From NCBI GenBank assembly GCA_973895155.1, contig OZ316894.1, positions 4,178,944 through 4,242,943 of the forward strand: a DNA stretch of 64,000 nucleotides. The letters run 5' to 3'. The translations under genes and the position numbers were made by a program. The stretch comes from Marsupella aquatica (lineage: Eukaryota > Plantae > Marchantiophyta). This document shows, in pieces, positions 1 to 11,322 of the stretch (position 1 is its first letter; each line of letters begins with the position of its first letter). The notes below the pieces were generated by a model that was not told the DNA's origin, did not search any database, and saw only the letters and a program-made list of their open reading frames with translations.

Positions 1-1494
1 TGATGACATTGATCCCAACTTTGATGTGTCTCTATTGACAGATAAGCAAAAAAAAATTATGATTGCATCATAAGTCATTTTGTTACAAAATGCACTGTAC
101 CATTACAACTCAATATTGATGGTGGTGGTGGAACCGGAAAGTCTTTTTTGATTGGAGCTATTTCGCACAGTATAGCTCAATATAAAGATCCAAGCTTGCC
201 ATCAGCATTGATCAGGATTGCACCCACTGGAGTTGTAGCTCATGCCATAAAAGGACAAACATATCATTCAACCTTATCGATAAGACCAATGCAAAAATTT
301 GAGGCTCTAAAAGGAGCTACACTCTTATGATTGCAAAAACTCTGGAAGTACATACAATATTTGATTATTGATGAAAAATCCATGATAGGATTAAAATCAC
401 TTGCAAAAATAGACTCGCGCTTGCAACAAGCATTTCAATCCCAGCTCCTCAGATAAAGTTTTTGGTGGGATTTCCATTCTGTTATTTGGAGATTTTGGGG
501 AACTTCCTCCGGTGGGTGATACTCCTCTATTTGGGAACCTATCCAATTTAGGTGGAGATGCACTTGATCAAGCCTTGCAAGGAAAATTAGCATATTTTTC
601 ATTTGAGGTTTCCACCATGCATTTTGTCAACAGTGATACGCCAAGGAGGCAATGATCAAGAGCAGATAAAGTTTAGAGACTTATTACTAAGATTACGCGA
701 TTGATGTTGCACTCTTGAAGATTGGGAGTTGATGGCAACACGATTTAAAGTGGATTGTAATGGACGCTTAAAATTAGCGCAACAAGAATTGGAGGAGATG
801 AAGGATGCTATTCAAATCTATCCACGACGAAAAGATGTTGTAATCTACAATGAATCAGTTCTCAAAGATAGTGGCTTTCCTATTAGGGTTTTGGTTGCCG
901 ATCACCCAACAGGAGGTAGCAATGCCTTGAAAGGTAGTGTAGATGATGTTGGAGGTCTTGTGACCAAAATACTCTTGTCTAAAGGATCTAACGTCATGAC
1001 ATTGACCCAAAATCTTTGAGTGCAAGAGGGCCTTGTGAATGGAAATACAGGGGTTGTGCATGATCTTGTATGGTTGGATCCTTTAAATGCCGCCACTAAT
1101 TTGCCGGATATCATTTTTGTAGCTATGAAAAATTATAAAGGCCCTACATGTTGGCATGCTACAAACGAAATACCATTGGTTCCCATACCTCCATCTGTGG
1201 CCACATGGGAGAAAGAAACATCACATGGACGAACATCATTATCAAGAAAACAATTTCCTTTGGTTCTTGCAGATAACAGTTCATAAGGCACAAGGTGCAA
1301 CTGTTGAAAAAGCAATGTTTGACTTGAGCGGTTCAGAGTTTGCAGTTGGCCTCAATTATGTTGTAGTATCACGCATAAAAAAATTATGCAACATAGTGTT
1401 GGAAAAATATTTTGCCTTCGAGCGTGTTCATCCTTTAGATGTTGGTTTGTTGATACGTCAACAAAAAATTGACGATGAGAGGAGAAAAAACTAA
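1..1494 (+). pseudogene. PIF1-family helicase, C-terminal part of a Helitron RepHel, disrupted
   Basis: Walker A GGGGTGKS (~121-144), APTG, IIDEKSM, GDFGELPPV, NL*VQEGLVNG, RKQFPL, TVHKAQG and YVVVSR motifs occur in order. TGA stops at 328 and 1017 plus several frameshifts. The 5' part runs out of the window. Confidence 0.9.
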
Positions 1495-1866
1495 ATTCAT
1501 TACAATTTCTTGAGATTAGATAGGGTTAGTTACTTAGGTTAGTCTTTTACATACATTTAGGCTTTCATACTTTTTTTCCTCCATTGAATAAAAAATCATA
1601 TGTATTTTATTTCAAACTTGTACATTTGGAGGTATCATATAACAATAAATTCTCTTTTATACTTTTGATAGTTGAATGCAATATTGTGTAGTAGTATATA
1701 TCAAACAAGATGTCGAAGCACACAAATTTTCTCTTTATAATATTTTAAAATACCGTACAACAAAATGGAGTATTTTGAAAAGTCATTGCAAATGCTATTC
1801 TATTTCAACCAATTGATGAGGCTTTTTGGTATCACATAAAATAAACTAGCACTAAACTATATCTCA

Positions 1867-3571
1867 CTAATCTCGAAGATAATCTTGTGATGTGACCTTC
1901 ACTTGGTCATGGCCATTCAAATATTTTGCCATCATATCTGTATGCCATCGCATTGATCCTCGCTTGCTAGGATTTGAGTCAGTCATTTGAGAAACTAATT
2001 TTTCAATTAGTTTCATCTCAAATACGTTAAGAGATACCCAATTCCTTGGATTTGTGCCGGTTTGAATCATAGCCTGAAGAATTTTCCCCATCGAGTACAC
2101 ATCTTTGGAAATATCAAAATTGGGTGGTTTAGCTGACCATAATTCGGGTGCAAGATGAGGATACTTCTCTTTACACTCTGCAATGTGAGTTGGAGACGTA
2201 ACAGGATGCATCCTGCTTCCATCTTCTCGCAAATCCCAATGCGAACTTTTGCAGGTTGTGTTCTCTTGAAATCCCAATCTTCCTCATTTTCAAAATGAAG
2301 AATGATGTTGCTCAAATGCAAATCATTGTGAAGACGATGATGCTCATGTACAAAAGCCAGAGTCTCCATGACAGCGTATAAAAGACCCAGTCTATTTTCC
2401 TTCACCAACTTCCAACAACTGATATCTTGATTTGATTGACTTTGAACAACCCAATCATCAAGATTCTCACGATGTCCAATCCGATACAATGCCTTCCGCA
2501 AAGGACCACCATTGTAGTAATAAAAAATAAGAGTAGTTGGACGGTCAATGGTTATTGCAAATGCATGCACAACTCTTTTGTGATGAACTCCAGCTACAAT
2601 TGCCTCATTGGTAGCCATTTTTCGCACTCTCACCTTACTAATGGGATCTGATATAGTGCAAAAAACCTTTGCAGCAACCCAAATTTCTTGTGAGATCCAA
2701 TTCTCATTCTGAATGTAAGCCACTTGCACCACTGCATCTACTCCTTTGCCTTCAATGTAAGATGAGACATGCCTCACTTTCTCATTGCTAGTATACACGA
2801 GCACTTTCCCACCACAAATAGTTCTTGATGGTCTTATTTCCTTCACTCCACCAACCATCCACGCACTACGACTCAAATCTTTTCTCCCAACATAAGCCAT
2901 GGCCCCATGAATCACACACGCTCTCTTCAAAGAATCTTGAAAATCTTGCAACCGCTTTCGCAAAAAAACCTTGTCTTGAATTACCTCATCTAACAATGCA
3001 GGCACTTTTGATTCAGCTACTGCAAGTAACTGATGGTCCATGCTCTCTATATACAATTGGCAAACCATCCTCTATCTTTTGACCACTCCCTCATACAGTC
3101 TATCTTGATGGCCAAGGCATCCTTATCATTACGATAATAATCTGACATCCATACACCTGTTACGCCCTCCAAATCAATGCAAAACTGTTGTTTCCCTTGC
3201 AAACCATTCATGGTGTAACGGATCAAAGTATTACCCAAATTCTTCTCAAACCACTCCAACAGGTGCACGCACAGTCGCGCTCGATCAAGTAGTGCTTGCT
3301 TTCTTCCTTCCGAGCGAAATTCTCCATCTACTGCCAAAGTGGGCTTGCTCCTTCGAGGTCGCTTTGGTGCACTGAAAGGTGTAGGCGCTTGCTTTGAGGA
3401 TGAAGCAACCGAGACACCAGTCGTTGGTGGATGTGTCTCCATATGAGCCATAGCCTCCAATGCACGGACCACTCTCTCCATCTCAATGCGTGCTGCTGCA
3501 GAAAATTTGTCATCCCGTCCGCCGAATGTGATCACTGTCTCACACATCTCGGCAACCTCTTTCACCCCCAT
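1867..3571 (-). pseudogene. Protein kinase with unknown N-terminal domain, frameshifted
   Basis: Three overlapping ORFs join into one protein: GKGVDAVV loop, VAAK, HNDLHLSN catalytic loop, KVRIGIC, then a frameshift near 2235 where DFG/DWG should be, then LAPE, DVYSMG, NPSKR. Second frameshift near 3060. ATG at 3571. Confidence 0.85.
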
Positions 3572-3645
3572 TGCTAAACTCTCAAAATAAAGAAATTCCC
3601 TAAAAGAAAAAGAGGACAAAAATGCTTAGGTAAAAAAGCAAAAGA

Positions 3646-3844
3646 CGGATTTGTAGCAACGACTATGTCGTCGCTACCACCAACTAAAGCTTCCCTCCCT
3701 TACACTCTTGCCTTCCCACAAACTATCTATGAACGACCCTATTGGTCGGGCGCGTCCCTCCACGACCACCTAAGCAAAAGGTGGGTTGCAAGCAACACCT
3801 GTGGTGCCGCATGCCCCAGCTAATGCCTTGGAGATCGCTTCGGC
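3646..3844 (-). ncRNA. Conserved structured leader element, copy 1
   Basis: Aligns with 11121-11322. Several hairpins carry compensatory or wobble-consistent substitutions between copies. Lies between a TATA box (3945-3951) and the kinase ATG. Confidence 0.5.
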
Positions 3845-3944
3845 AAAAAAGTGGAAAAAAGGAGAAATGAGAACAAATGAGGAGGAAAGAAAGAAACAAA
3901 TAAGAAGAAAGATTGGAATGACTTGTGGAAATGAAAGTCCCTCC

Positions 3945-3951
3945 TTATATA
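3945..3951 (-). promoter_or_regulatory. Putative TATA box of the kinase cargo gene
   Basis: TATATAA on the minus strand followed by a pyrimidine-rich 5'UTR-like tract. Confidence 0.45.
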
Positions 3952-4084
3952 GAGAGGGTTCTTCTCGCGAGACCCGGGAGGTGCACGAGGCGACTGCTCG
4001 CAAGCTGCCACTTGTCAAGCATCCGCCACCCTCGAATGCATGTTGGGCACTTGTCGTGACACCTGTACACTTGTCCTTGCCTCT

Positions 4085-4160
4085 GACCGAATGCCTGCCC
4101 GACGCTGCCCAAGCGCCTGCCCAATGCTGCCCGAGCGCCTGCCCGACACTGCCCGAGCAA
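4085..4160. repeat. Short GC-rich tandem array (CTGCCCRA units)
   Basis: About six CTGCCCGA/CTGCCCAA copies spaced 10-12 bp apart. Confidence 0.75.
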
Positions 4161-4569
4161 AACTGTCCACACCTGGCAACAAGTTTTGAACACAAGACCT
4201 TGTCCTCCCAAGTGACATGCTCTTGCCATTGCAATACACACAAATTGGTGTCAAAGAAATGGTCATCATAATATATATACAAAGTTCAGCTTTTGTGACC
4301 AAACCCGTTTGGTCACGGGCCTGGTTATATTGTTTCTGTGATACTGAGGTAGGTAAGCATCCCAAGATGAATGTAAAGAGTCTTTTAGGTGTAATTTTTG
4401 AGCCCCTAGTCAGTTTGGGTTCCTAGTACTTTGTTGTTGCCTCAAATAACGTACTCAGATCAGGACTAAGGATAGATACAATAGTCATGTAATTTGGAGG
4501 TTGTTTATTTACAAAACAATATTGTCTATACAATAAAAGTTGTTCCAGAATCCACCTTCGTTCATTTCT

Positions 4570-4795
4570 AGTTCTTAGGGCTGTACTAGACTAGTTCACT
4601 ACTTTCTTGTTTCTGGTCTCCAATAAGTGATCGGAGTGATCATTTGGGTAGATATTGGTGGTGAAGTTGAATTTGCAAAACCTTAGGGGCTGTCTATTTT
4701 GTCTTTTTTCCGGTCTCCAATATGTGATCGGGCCCATCCATTCGGTAGTATGGGTGGTGAAGTTCACTTTACAAAATCTTAGGGGCTGTTTCCTC
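4570..4795. repeat. Diverged ~100-bp tandem repeat
   Basis: CTTAGGGGCTGT three times. GGTCTCCAATAnGTGATCGG and GGTGGTGAAGTT twice each. Confidence 0.65.
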
Positions 4796-5947
4796 TAAAC
4801 TTTGCTGATCCTAGATGGAATGATGTGGGGCTCAGGTGTTGCTTAGGTGGAAAAAATTCATGTCCCAACTTTTAGACCAACTCGCTTGCAGATCTGTTTT
4901 TCTAGTAGCTTGGTCCATTTTTAAGTCTATTGTATAACAAGTGATCCCACAGGTTCCTCATCAGACCTTCTCCTTTCAGAGCTAGAAGGGAGAGACCAAA
5001 ATAGCTACAGTATGTGGCTTTTAGGTGGAGTGGGTCCCGACTCTTCTCTTAGCAAATTATGTGAGGACAAGAAAACCCGTAGACTCTATCGACTGATGGA
5101 CTTTCTGTCTTCAAAGATACTCTAACTTACCTTTTCCTTCTCTTTGGTCTTACACACTTGAGGACATTCTCTTTGACAATTCAGTCCTTCTTCGTGAACC
5201 TTCCTCTCAATTCCATGGAGATGGACTCCTTTTTCCCTCCGTTTCACTAATATTGTATCCGTGAACTTCTTTGTAGGTTCCATGGATGCTCTAAAATCAT
5301 CCCAACTTGGGCTTCTCTATGTAGAATCGAGTTAATGTGAAGTGCTTAGTATATGTTACTTGGCATTATATACTAATATGTTTAATTCGGGCATTGTGGG
5401 TTACATTGCCCCTCAAAACTAGAGGGGTTATTATAGTTACCTGAGTTAAGTGCAGGCTCCAGTCAAGACACCACCAGCCAGCACTTATCCACACGATGCA
5501 CTATGCTGTAAGTGCACATACTTCTCCAAATGTGCATGGTCTGCACTATCTAATAAGTGCCTGTGAAATAGCTTAGCTTATACACTGTTTTCCGCGTTGG
5601 GTTGTCAAGTCACACAGATTGGACTCCTCATAACCATCTGAAGGTCTCATATTGCATGATTCAAGCTGATATGTGCATGAAATTATTTTATGTAGCTGTT
5701 TGTTTGCTGCACTTATCAATAAATGCTTTGTATGTATGAATTGCAGTAACTGATAATTGCATGGGTACACTTATGGACAGAAATGCACTTCTATATTTGT
5801 CATTTAGTGATGATAATTTGTTCTTGGTGAGGGTTTATCTACACTAATGCAAACTGCAATTTTGGTGCATTTATAAACTAAGGAAATCTTGGTAATACTA
5901 GAGGACTACATAGCCAGTCCACAGTGCATTTAGACTCATATACTCCG

Positions 5948-6210
5948 GGGTTTCACTTCCACAAAAATGACACATCATGTGGGACAAAGTATATGGTAAT
6001 TTTATTGGTTCAAAAAAAAGATTTAAGAATTTTTTGAGAAGAACAATAAGGTTTTTAAAATCAAATTTTGAGATTTATAATAATATTAGGGTCCTTATAA
6101 CCAAAATTTTGGAATATTCCAAGAATATCCCAAAATTTATAGGGGTTGAAAAGTATAATTTGTTTTCTTACATTTTAGGGGGTCCGAGACCTAAAAACGT
6201 CATAGATGAT
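5948..6210 (+). repeat. Dispersed repeat or TE terminus, copy 1
   Basis: Aligns with the reverse complement of 36745-36969. Both copies start sharply at GGGGTT(T)CACTT. Confidence 0.75.
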
Positions 6211-7153
6211 GGGGAGACATCCATATAGTCAGACCCCCGAGTGCATATAGTCATTATTGACCATAACCCTTTGGAATTTACATGACCTTAATACACTTAA
6301 GAAATCTTAATTTTACTAATATAGTGAAAATAGATGTCTGGGAATCTTCATAATTGTTGAACAAAGACAACATTCACAATGACAAGTAGCCAACACAAAG
6401 AGATAGGTGGTTCAGTTCAGCTTGAAGTTATGTCCACAGGAACACACGAGTGATTTATTGCACTCTAGGCCCAACAGCCATACTGATCGAGTGGCCGCAA
6501 TATAAGATTTCCTAGTTATCTCTCAACTGGTTCTGTAACAATGAGCCTACTACTGTCTATACAAACAAATTTACACTACTTGAGATATAGTGTGCAGCCT
6601 AGTTAACCCAACCTAGTCTACAGCAAAGGTAACCTGGTTAGTCTCAATTACAATAAGGTTAGCCTCAATTACGATAAGAGTCGTACCCCTAGACTAAGAG
6701 TAAACGCCTAAAAATAACAAGTTGATCCCAATCTTGACTCAATCTGCATTTTTCTTAATGAATGTCCTGAAAATTACAAAGAGAAAATTCACAACTGGCA
6801 GTTCATATATTTGTTGTCCAAGGATTCACTTTGAGGTACAGCTAGAACTGCGGAAGAACCCGGAGTGGTGCAGCCAATGTGCGCAGGTTGTATAATTAGA
6901 GTAAAGCCCTGGTAACACAGCATTGGCATTCTGCTGGGCCTAGAGGCCCCTAAAAAAGGTGGAGTTAGTAGTAGGACTAGTCTAACATCTTACACAACCA
7001 TATGACACAGAAGTGCAGTAAACGGAGTATAGAATATCACACAACTATCATCTGGGGCCTCAGGTAACAAATCTTTCATGGGGTACACAAAGTAAACTTT
7101 TTCAGCTTGGGGGTCCAACACCTTATTCCTCAAACTTTGTCTGGGCTTACGTT

Positions 7154-9016
7154 TTATACGTCAGACATCGAACGCCTTGGTTTCCGAAGTTGCAATATCG
7201 AAGGCAAACCACATTTCAATCTCCACGTGACCTTGGTGGAATTCGCCGATTGGCGCGTGCTAGCTATATGTTCACCAATGCCGTCTAGCCCCGTGCGTAG
7301 GGCCGAATAACGAAGGTGCATAAATTGAGCATCAGCGCCTGAAACTGGCCTGACCCACACACAAGCACCAAAAGTATTGGTATGCCGAAAGCAAATTTGT
7401 CCTTCCTCTAAGAGCTTCCGCATCTCTGCCAGTAGCGTCGACCTATGACGGAGGAATGTCCAACTGTCTGAGCTCTCTCGGTCTTTTCTTACTCTCAAGT
7501 CCCAAAGACAACGGGGACTGCAGTCTCTGTTCACGTGATTTTTATGTGGCCCTAGGTGAAGTCGGGCACCATCCTCTGAGATAGCAAAAGTTGTGCAAGG
7601 CTCTGTGATCGCGTGAACCCCGTCCTGTACTCTGCTGTTGGTAGTTTGCATCCAGCAATAGTTTCCCTCTACCCAATCTACTCCGACACTCTTCGAATAT
7701 GGTACCTCCACAACCACGAACGGAACCATAACCCCTGCCTGTTCATTTTCCCAGAATCCCAGACGCCATTCGTGCCCAAAACCAAGCTGGTCCCAGCCCA
7801 GGCGATTTCCCAGGATGCGTTTGAAGTCCACTGTCAAAAAAACATGATAAGGCGCACTGGTGGGTATGACTTCCTCTGCATCCGTGCTGGCAGCCGTCTC
7901 AAGGAGTTCAACTAGAGTTTTTCCTTGAAGAAGTTCCCAGAATTTCCGAGGCACTCTGGTCTCTCCGATCTCGCAAGCGCAAATGAATTCACCAAATGTG
8001 ATCATTTCAGAGGCAGTGTTGTTGATTGTGACGCATGCGCCTTCACTATGTCTCTTACTTGTACCGCTCACAGATGGACCGACGATCCAGAAAATAATCC
8101 GGCCCAACGCTGCCACAGCTTGACAGCTAACCCAAATAATTGCCTCATTGTTTGTTGCCAGTTTGACAATGGAGTACTGACAGATGTAGGCCACCGAAGT
8201 GATCATCGTCACAAGAAACACCGACACCCTGAGGGCTCGGGATGTAAGAAGCGATGTGTCACCTTGAAAATGTATTACATCTCCATCATTGACTCTTGCT
8301 TGAAGTAAGTGAAGCCGACTGTTTTTTTCCATGGATCCATTGAGGACTTCCCATCCGCGCCTGGTCACATGCCACCACGGCCGAGCCGTTTGCCTGTCAA
8401 ACCAAACCGGTAGCAGGACCATGGCCGTGAGACAAAGATGCAAACCGACAGTCGCAACGATCCTTGCCCAGGTCCATGGAGATTTTATGACAAGCAGCAA
8501 CCAAGCTGTAAGTCCGGAGCACATCATCGTGGACAAAAAAGGAATCAACGGAATTTGGGATGGCTCCGCTTTTTTATTGCCGAGATTGACAGCTGTTTGA
8601 TGCCTCATAGCGCAGCCACCTCCTACAGACACCATTGGAGTTCTCACATCGTCGAAGTGTCGTTTAGTTTTGTGAACGATGATATCTTTCTCCTCAGTGA
8701 TTGTGACGGAGATGGCATCACAATCCACAATCTTGCCCGATAATGCGGATTCTCCTGGGGCGTAACCAAATATATCTCGCAATGAGTCGAGACTAAAGCC
8801 GGCAGTTCTGCAGAGCTCAAGTCCAAGGCTAATCTTTAAGGTACCTTTGACGAGCCCTAAGATGCCAAGAAAGGAAAGCGAAGAAACGATGACTGTGCCA
8901 GATCCACGATGTGTAGCCGATGCACTTACTTCGACTGAGTCTGTGCTGAACAGGCCGATAAGACCTGCATAGTTCTGTGTGCCAGTTGCTATGAGCTGAC
9001 CAACTGAGGTAGACAT
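7154..9016 (-). CDS. Intronless 620-aa multi-pass membrane protein of unknown function, paralog A
   Basis: Long open ORF with several hydrophobic segments. Frame is preserved against paralog 18565-20238. Confidence 0.85.
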   Translation of the reverse strand: MSTSVGQLIATGTQNYAGLIGLFSTDSVEVSASATHRGSGTVIVSSLSFLGILGLVKGTLKISLGLELCRTAGFSLDSLRDIFGYAPGESALSGKIVDCDAISVTITEEKDIIVHKTKRHFDDVRTPMVSVGGGCAMRHQTAVNLGNKKAEPSQIPLIPFLSTMMCSGLTAWLLLVIKSPWTWARIVATVGLHLCLTAMVLLPVWFDRQTARPWWHVTRRGWEVLNGSMEKNSRLHLLQARVNDGDVIHFQGDTSLLTSRALRVSVFLVTMITSVAYICQYSIVKLATNNEAIIWVSCQAVAALGRIIFWIVGPSVSGTSKRHSEGACVTINNTASEMITFGEFICACEIGETRVPRKFWELLQGKTLVELLETAASTDAEEVIPTSAPYHVFLTVDFKRILGNRLGWDQLGFGHEWRLGFWENEQAGVMVPFVVVEVPYSKSVGVDWVEGNYCWMQTTNSRVQDGVHAITEPCTTFAISEDGARLHLGPHKNHVNRDCSPRCLWDLRVRKDRESSDSWTFLRHRSTLLAEMRKLLEEGQICFRHTNTFGACVWVRPVSGADAQFMHLRYSALRTGLDGIGEHIASTRQSANSTKVTWRLKCGLPSILQLRKPRRSMSDV

Positions 9017-10035
9017 CGGAATAAGGGTGGGGTTTACGACGAGAGGAAATTAAGAGACTATTGAACCTGGAGTAGGGTCAATACAGAAGGCGCTGCATAC
9101 GCTCATGAGTCTACAGTAGGAGTGGATCGAATGCGCAGATCTTCTCCTTCAGCGAAAGCAACAGAGCTCGGACCGCGAGAGATCTAGGTGGACCACAGCG
9201 TAAACCCTCGAAGTAAAGAAATGGTTAAGCTGTTCAACGAGTGGACCGGCGGACTCGGGCAGTGATGCTATAAAACTAAAAACGGCTTCCCTCAATATTG
9301 GCCACTTATATATTAGTTCAGGCTATGGAAGGCTAGACGTGATATAGACCAGCACTCGACAGGCGTGTGTATGAGATATAGCACGAATTAAATCTACTTG
9401 CATGTTCTATGAATTGTCTAAGCTCAAGACCAGAAAAAACATAAGAACTCAGGTTGTTACAGCCAAAAACATTAAAACATGATGAGGAACATGCTAGGCT
9501 CCTGGACGGATCCAATCTAGTTGGCTGAAACTCGTGCCTGGTTTCTCGTCGGCAATCGAGCCCCGGGCGTGGCCACAGCGCAGTGGACGAAGTAGTTTCG
9601 CAAAGGAGCGAGCAGTGGAGGAGCGCAGAGGAGGTGAAGCGAGGAGAGCTGCGGCAGAAATGGCGAGAGCAATCTGAGTTACTTGACCTCATTTACCTTG
9701 TCTCTCGATGCTGATGGTGATCTAGCATCTTATTCCTCATTCTCAGACCGAGGAAAAAATAAAATTCATGAGATGTAACGAAGAAGGGGAAAGGAAAAAA
9801 AATGTTATGTAGAACTAACGCCCTCTGCTATTTTGGGAACTTCTTCGATCATCTCCGCAGTGCATGAGCGGACCAGGATACTTATGCGCCCCAGCATTGA
9901 AATAGCATTTCATTTACGAATTGTAGTCAAATAGCGTTGGGCTGATATCTCCGTGGACGACTTTCTCATTGTAAATCGTAGTTTTCCTGTGAAACTGCGA
10001 GTTAGAGTGATTGGCTGAGCACGTGTCATTTTGGG

Positions 10036-11091
10036 TCATTTCTTTCGTGGAAACCACTGGACCTTGGTTCTGGCTCCGATTAGATTTTTTACGTGTTGAG
10101 AACCGTCGTGTAGAAATGGGGCAGCCTTACGGACTGAAAGGATGTGATTGAAACAGGCTGGGTAGTAGTGTATTAAAAACATACCCTCACTGCTCAACGG
10201 TGTGTACTTGCTGGGCAAGGGATTGGCCAGAGCTCGGTCGACTGGATCGTAGAACTCCTCGTCCGCTTGGTTTTCTGTCTCCCATAGGTCCTCGTACAGT
10301 GCTAGAATAACACAAATCTCGAGGTGGCACTCCTCCTTGGCGGCCTCGTCGTGAGCCCTCTTGTATATTCAATTAACTCTCCAAAAAATTTCACCGAACC
10401 GTCTCTGGTAGTTTGCTTTGACATGTCTACAATAAGCACATTTCTTTGTAGCAGGGACTTCTTCTCCCGCTTCTTCTTCTCCTCCAATCACTTCTCTTGC
10501 ACTTGGAGAGCAATGGTCACGTGCAATATGTGGAGAGTCCGTTTCATGGGGCATGTGAACGTGGCTTACATTGCCATGTTCAACTCTCTCATCTCTTGCC
10601 CTTACAATTTCAATATCATCAAATTCCAATCGGAGTCGTACATCTTCAACTTGCACCGACACACTTGGTGGCTGTCTTCGTTCTGCTCTTGCATGCCCCA
10701 CTCTATCCAAAACTGGTGAGAGATCCATCATGACCCCCAAACAATGATCAATTCTTACATCTTGTACTACAATGTCCTCTGGGATAGGGACAATTGGTAT
10801 TCTCCGTCATTTGGAATATTCATTTCTCATGCGTCCCGGGCTTGCTGCTTCAACACAAACATAGCATGAATCCCTTGGGAATTGGAACTCATCCCTTGGT
10901 TTGTCATGTTTCCCTAGTTTGCACCACAAGAGACTGTTATTTGTCCATCCCTTACAATCACTATAAACATTTTGTGTACTCTCATCACCATCACAAAAAT
11001 GGGCAGGTGTTCGGTTCAACAAGCATTGTATGCATCGAAAACACTCCATCAGTAGCACTCCATAATATATCTCCAAAAAAAATAGTCGCAT
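10036..11091 (-). pseudogene. Cys-rich protein of unknown family interrupted by two TGA stops
   Basis: ORFs 10807-11091, 10369-10740 and 10036-10218 share one frame and are separated only by TGA codons. CxxCxxC, CYVC and CAYC motifs. Possible GTATGT donor near 10185. Confidence 0.6.
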
Positions 11092-11120
11092 CCAAATGTA
11101 CTAGATTAAGCCACTTTAGG

Positions 11121-11322
11121 CGGATTTGTAGCAAATGACTAGGTCATCGCTACCACCGGCTAAAGGAAACTTGCACTAGTCCAAAAGAATACGATAGAAA
11201 CTATCTATGAACGACCCTAATGATTGAGCGTGCCCCTCCACGACCACCTAAGAAAATGGTAGGTTGCAAGCAACGCCTATGGCGCCGCTTGCCCTAGCAA
11301 ATGCCTATGAGGCCGCTTTGGC
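11121..11322 (-). ncRNA. Conserved structured leader element, copy 2
   Basis: Homologous to 3646-3844 in the same orientation, directly upstream of the Cys-rich ORF. Confidence 0.5.

Larger units (their letters stand above)
1..4324 (+). mobile_element. 3' portion of a Helitron-like element with cargo gene
   Basis: PIF1 helicase on + strand. Palindrome GTGACCAAAC-CC-GTTTGGTCAC (4295-4316), overlapping CCCGT..ACGGG, is followed by CTGG|T at 4321-4325, matching the Helitron hairpin-CTRR|T end. Confidence 0.65.

Noticed and set aside
3770-4365. Several overlapping 100-170-aa ORFs
   Set aside because: GC-rich repeat and promoter region with no protein motifs.
11112-11168. Group II intron domain V-like look (AGCCGG...TCCG) of the leader's last hairpin
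   Set aside because: The AGC triad is not kept in copy 1, the stem is too long and no domain VI is evident. Group I core motifs and the hammerhead core are also absent.
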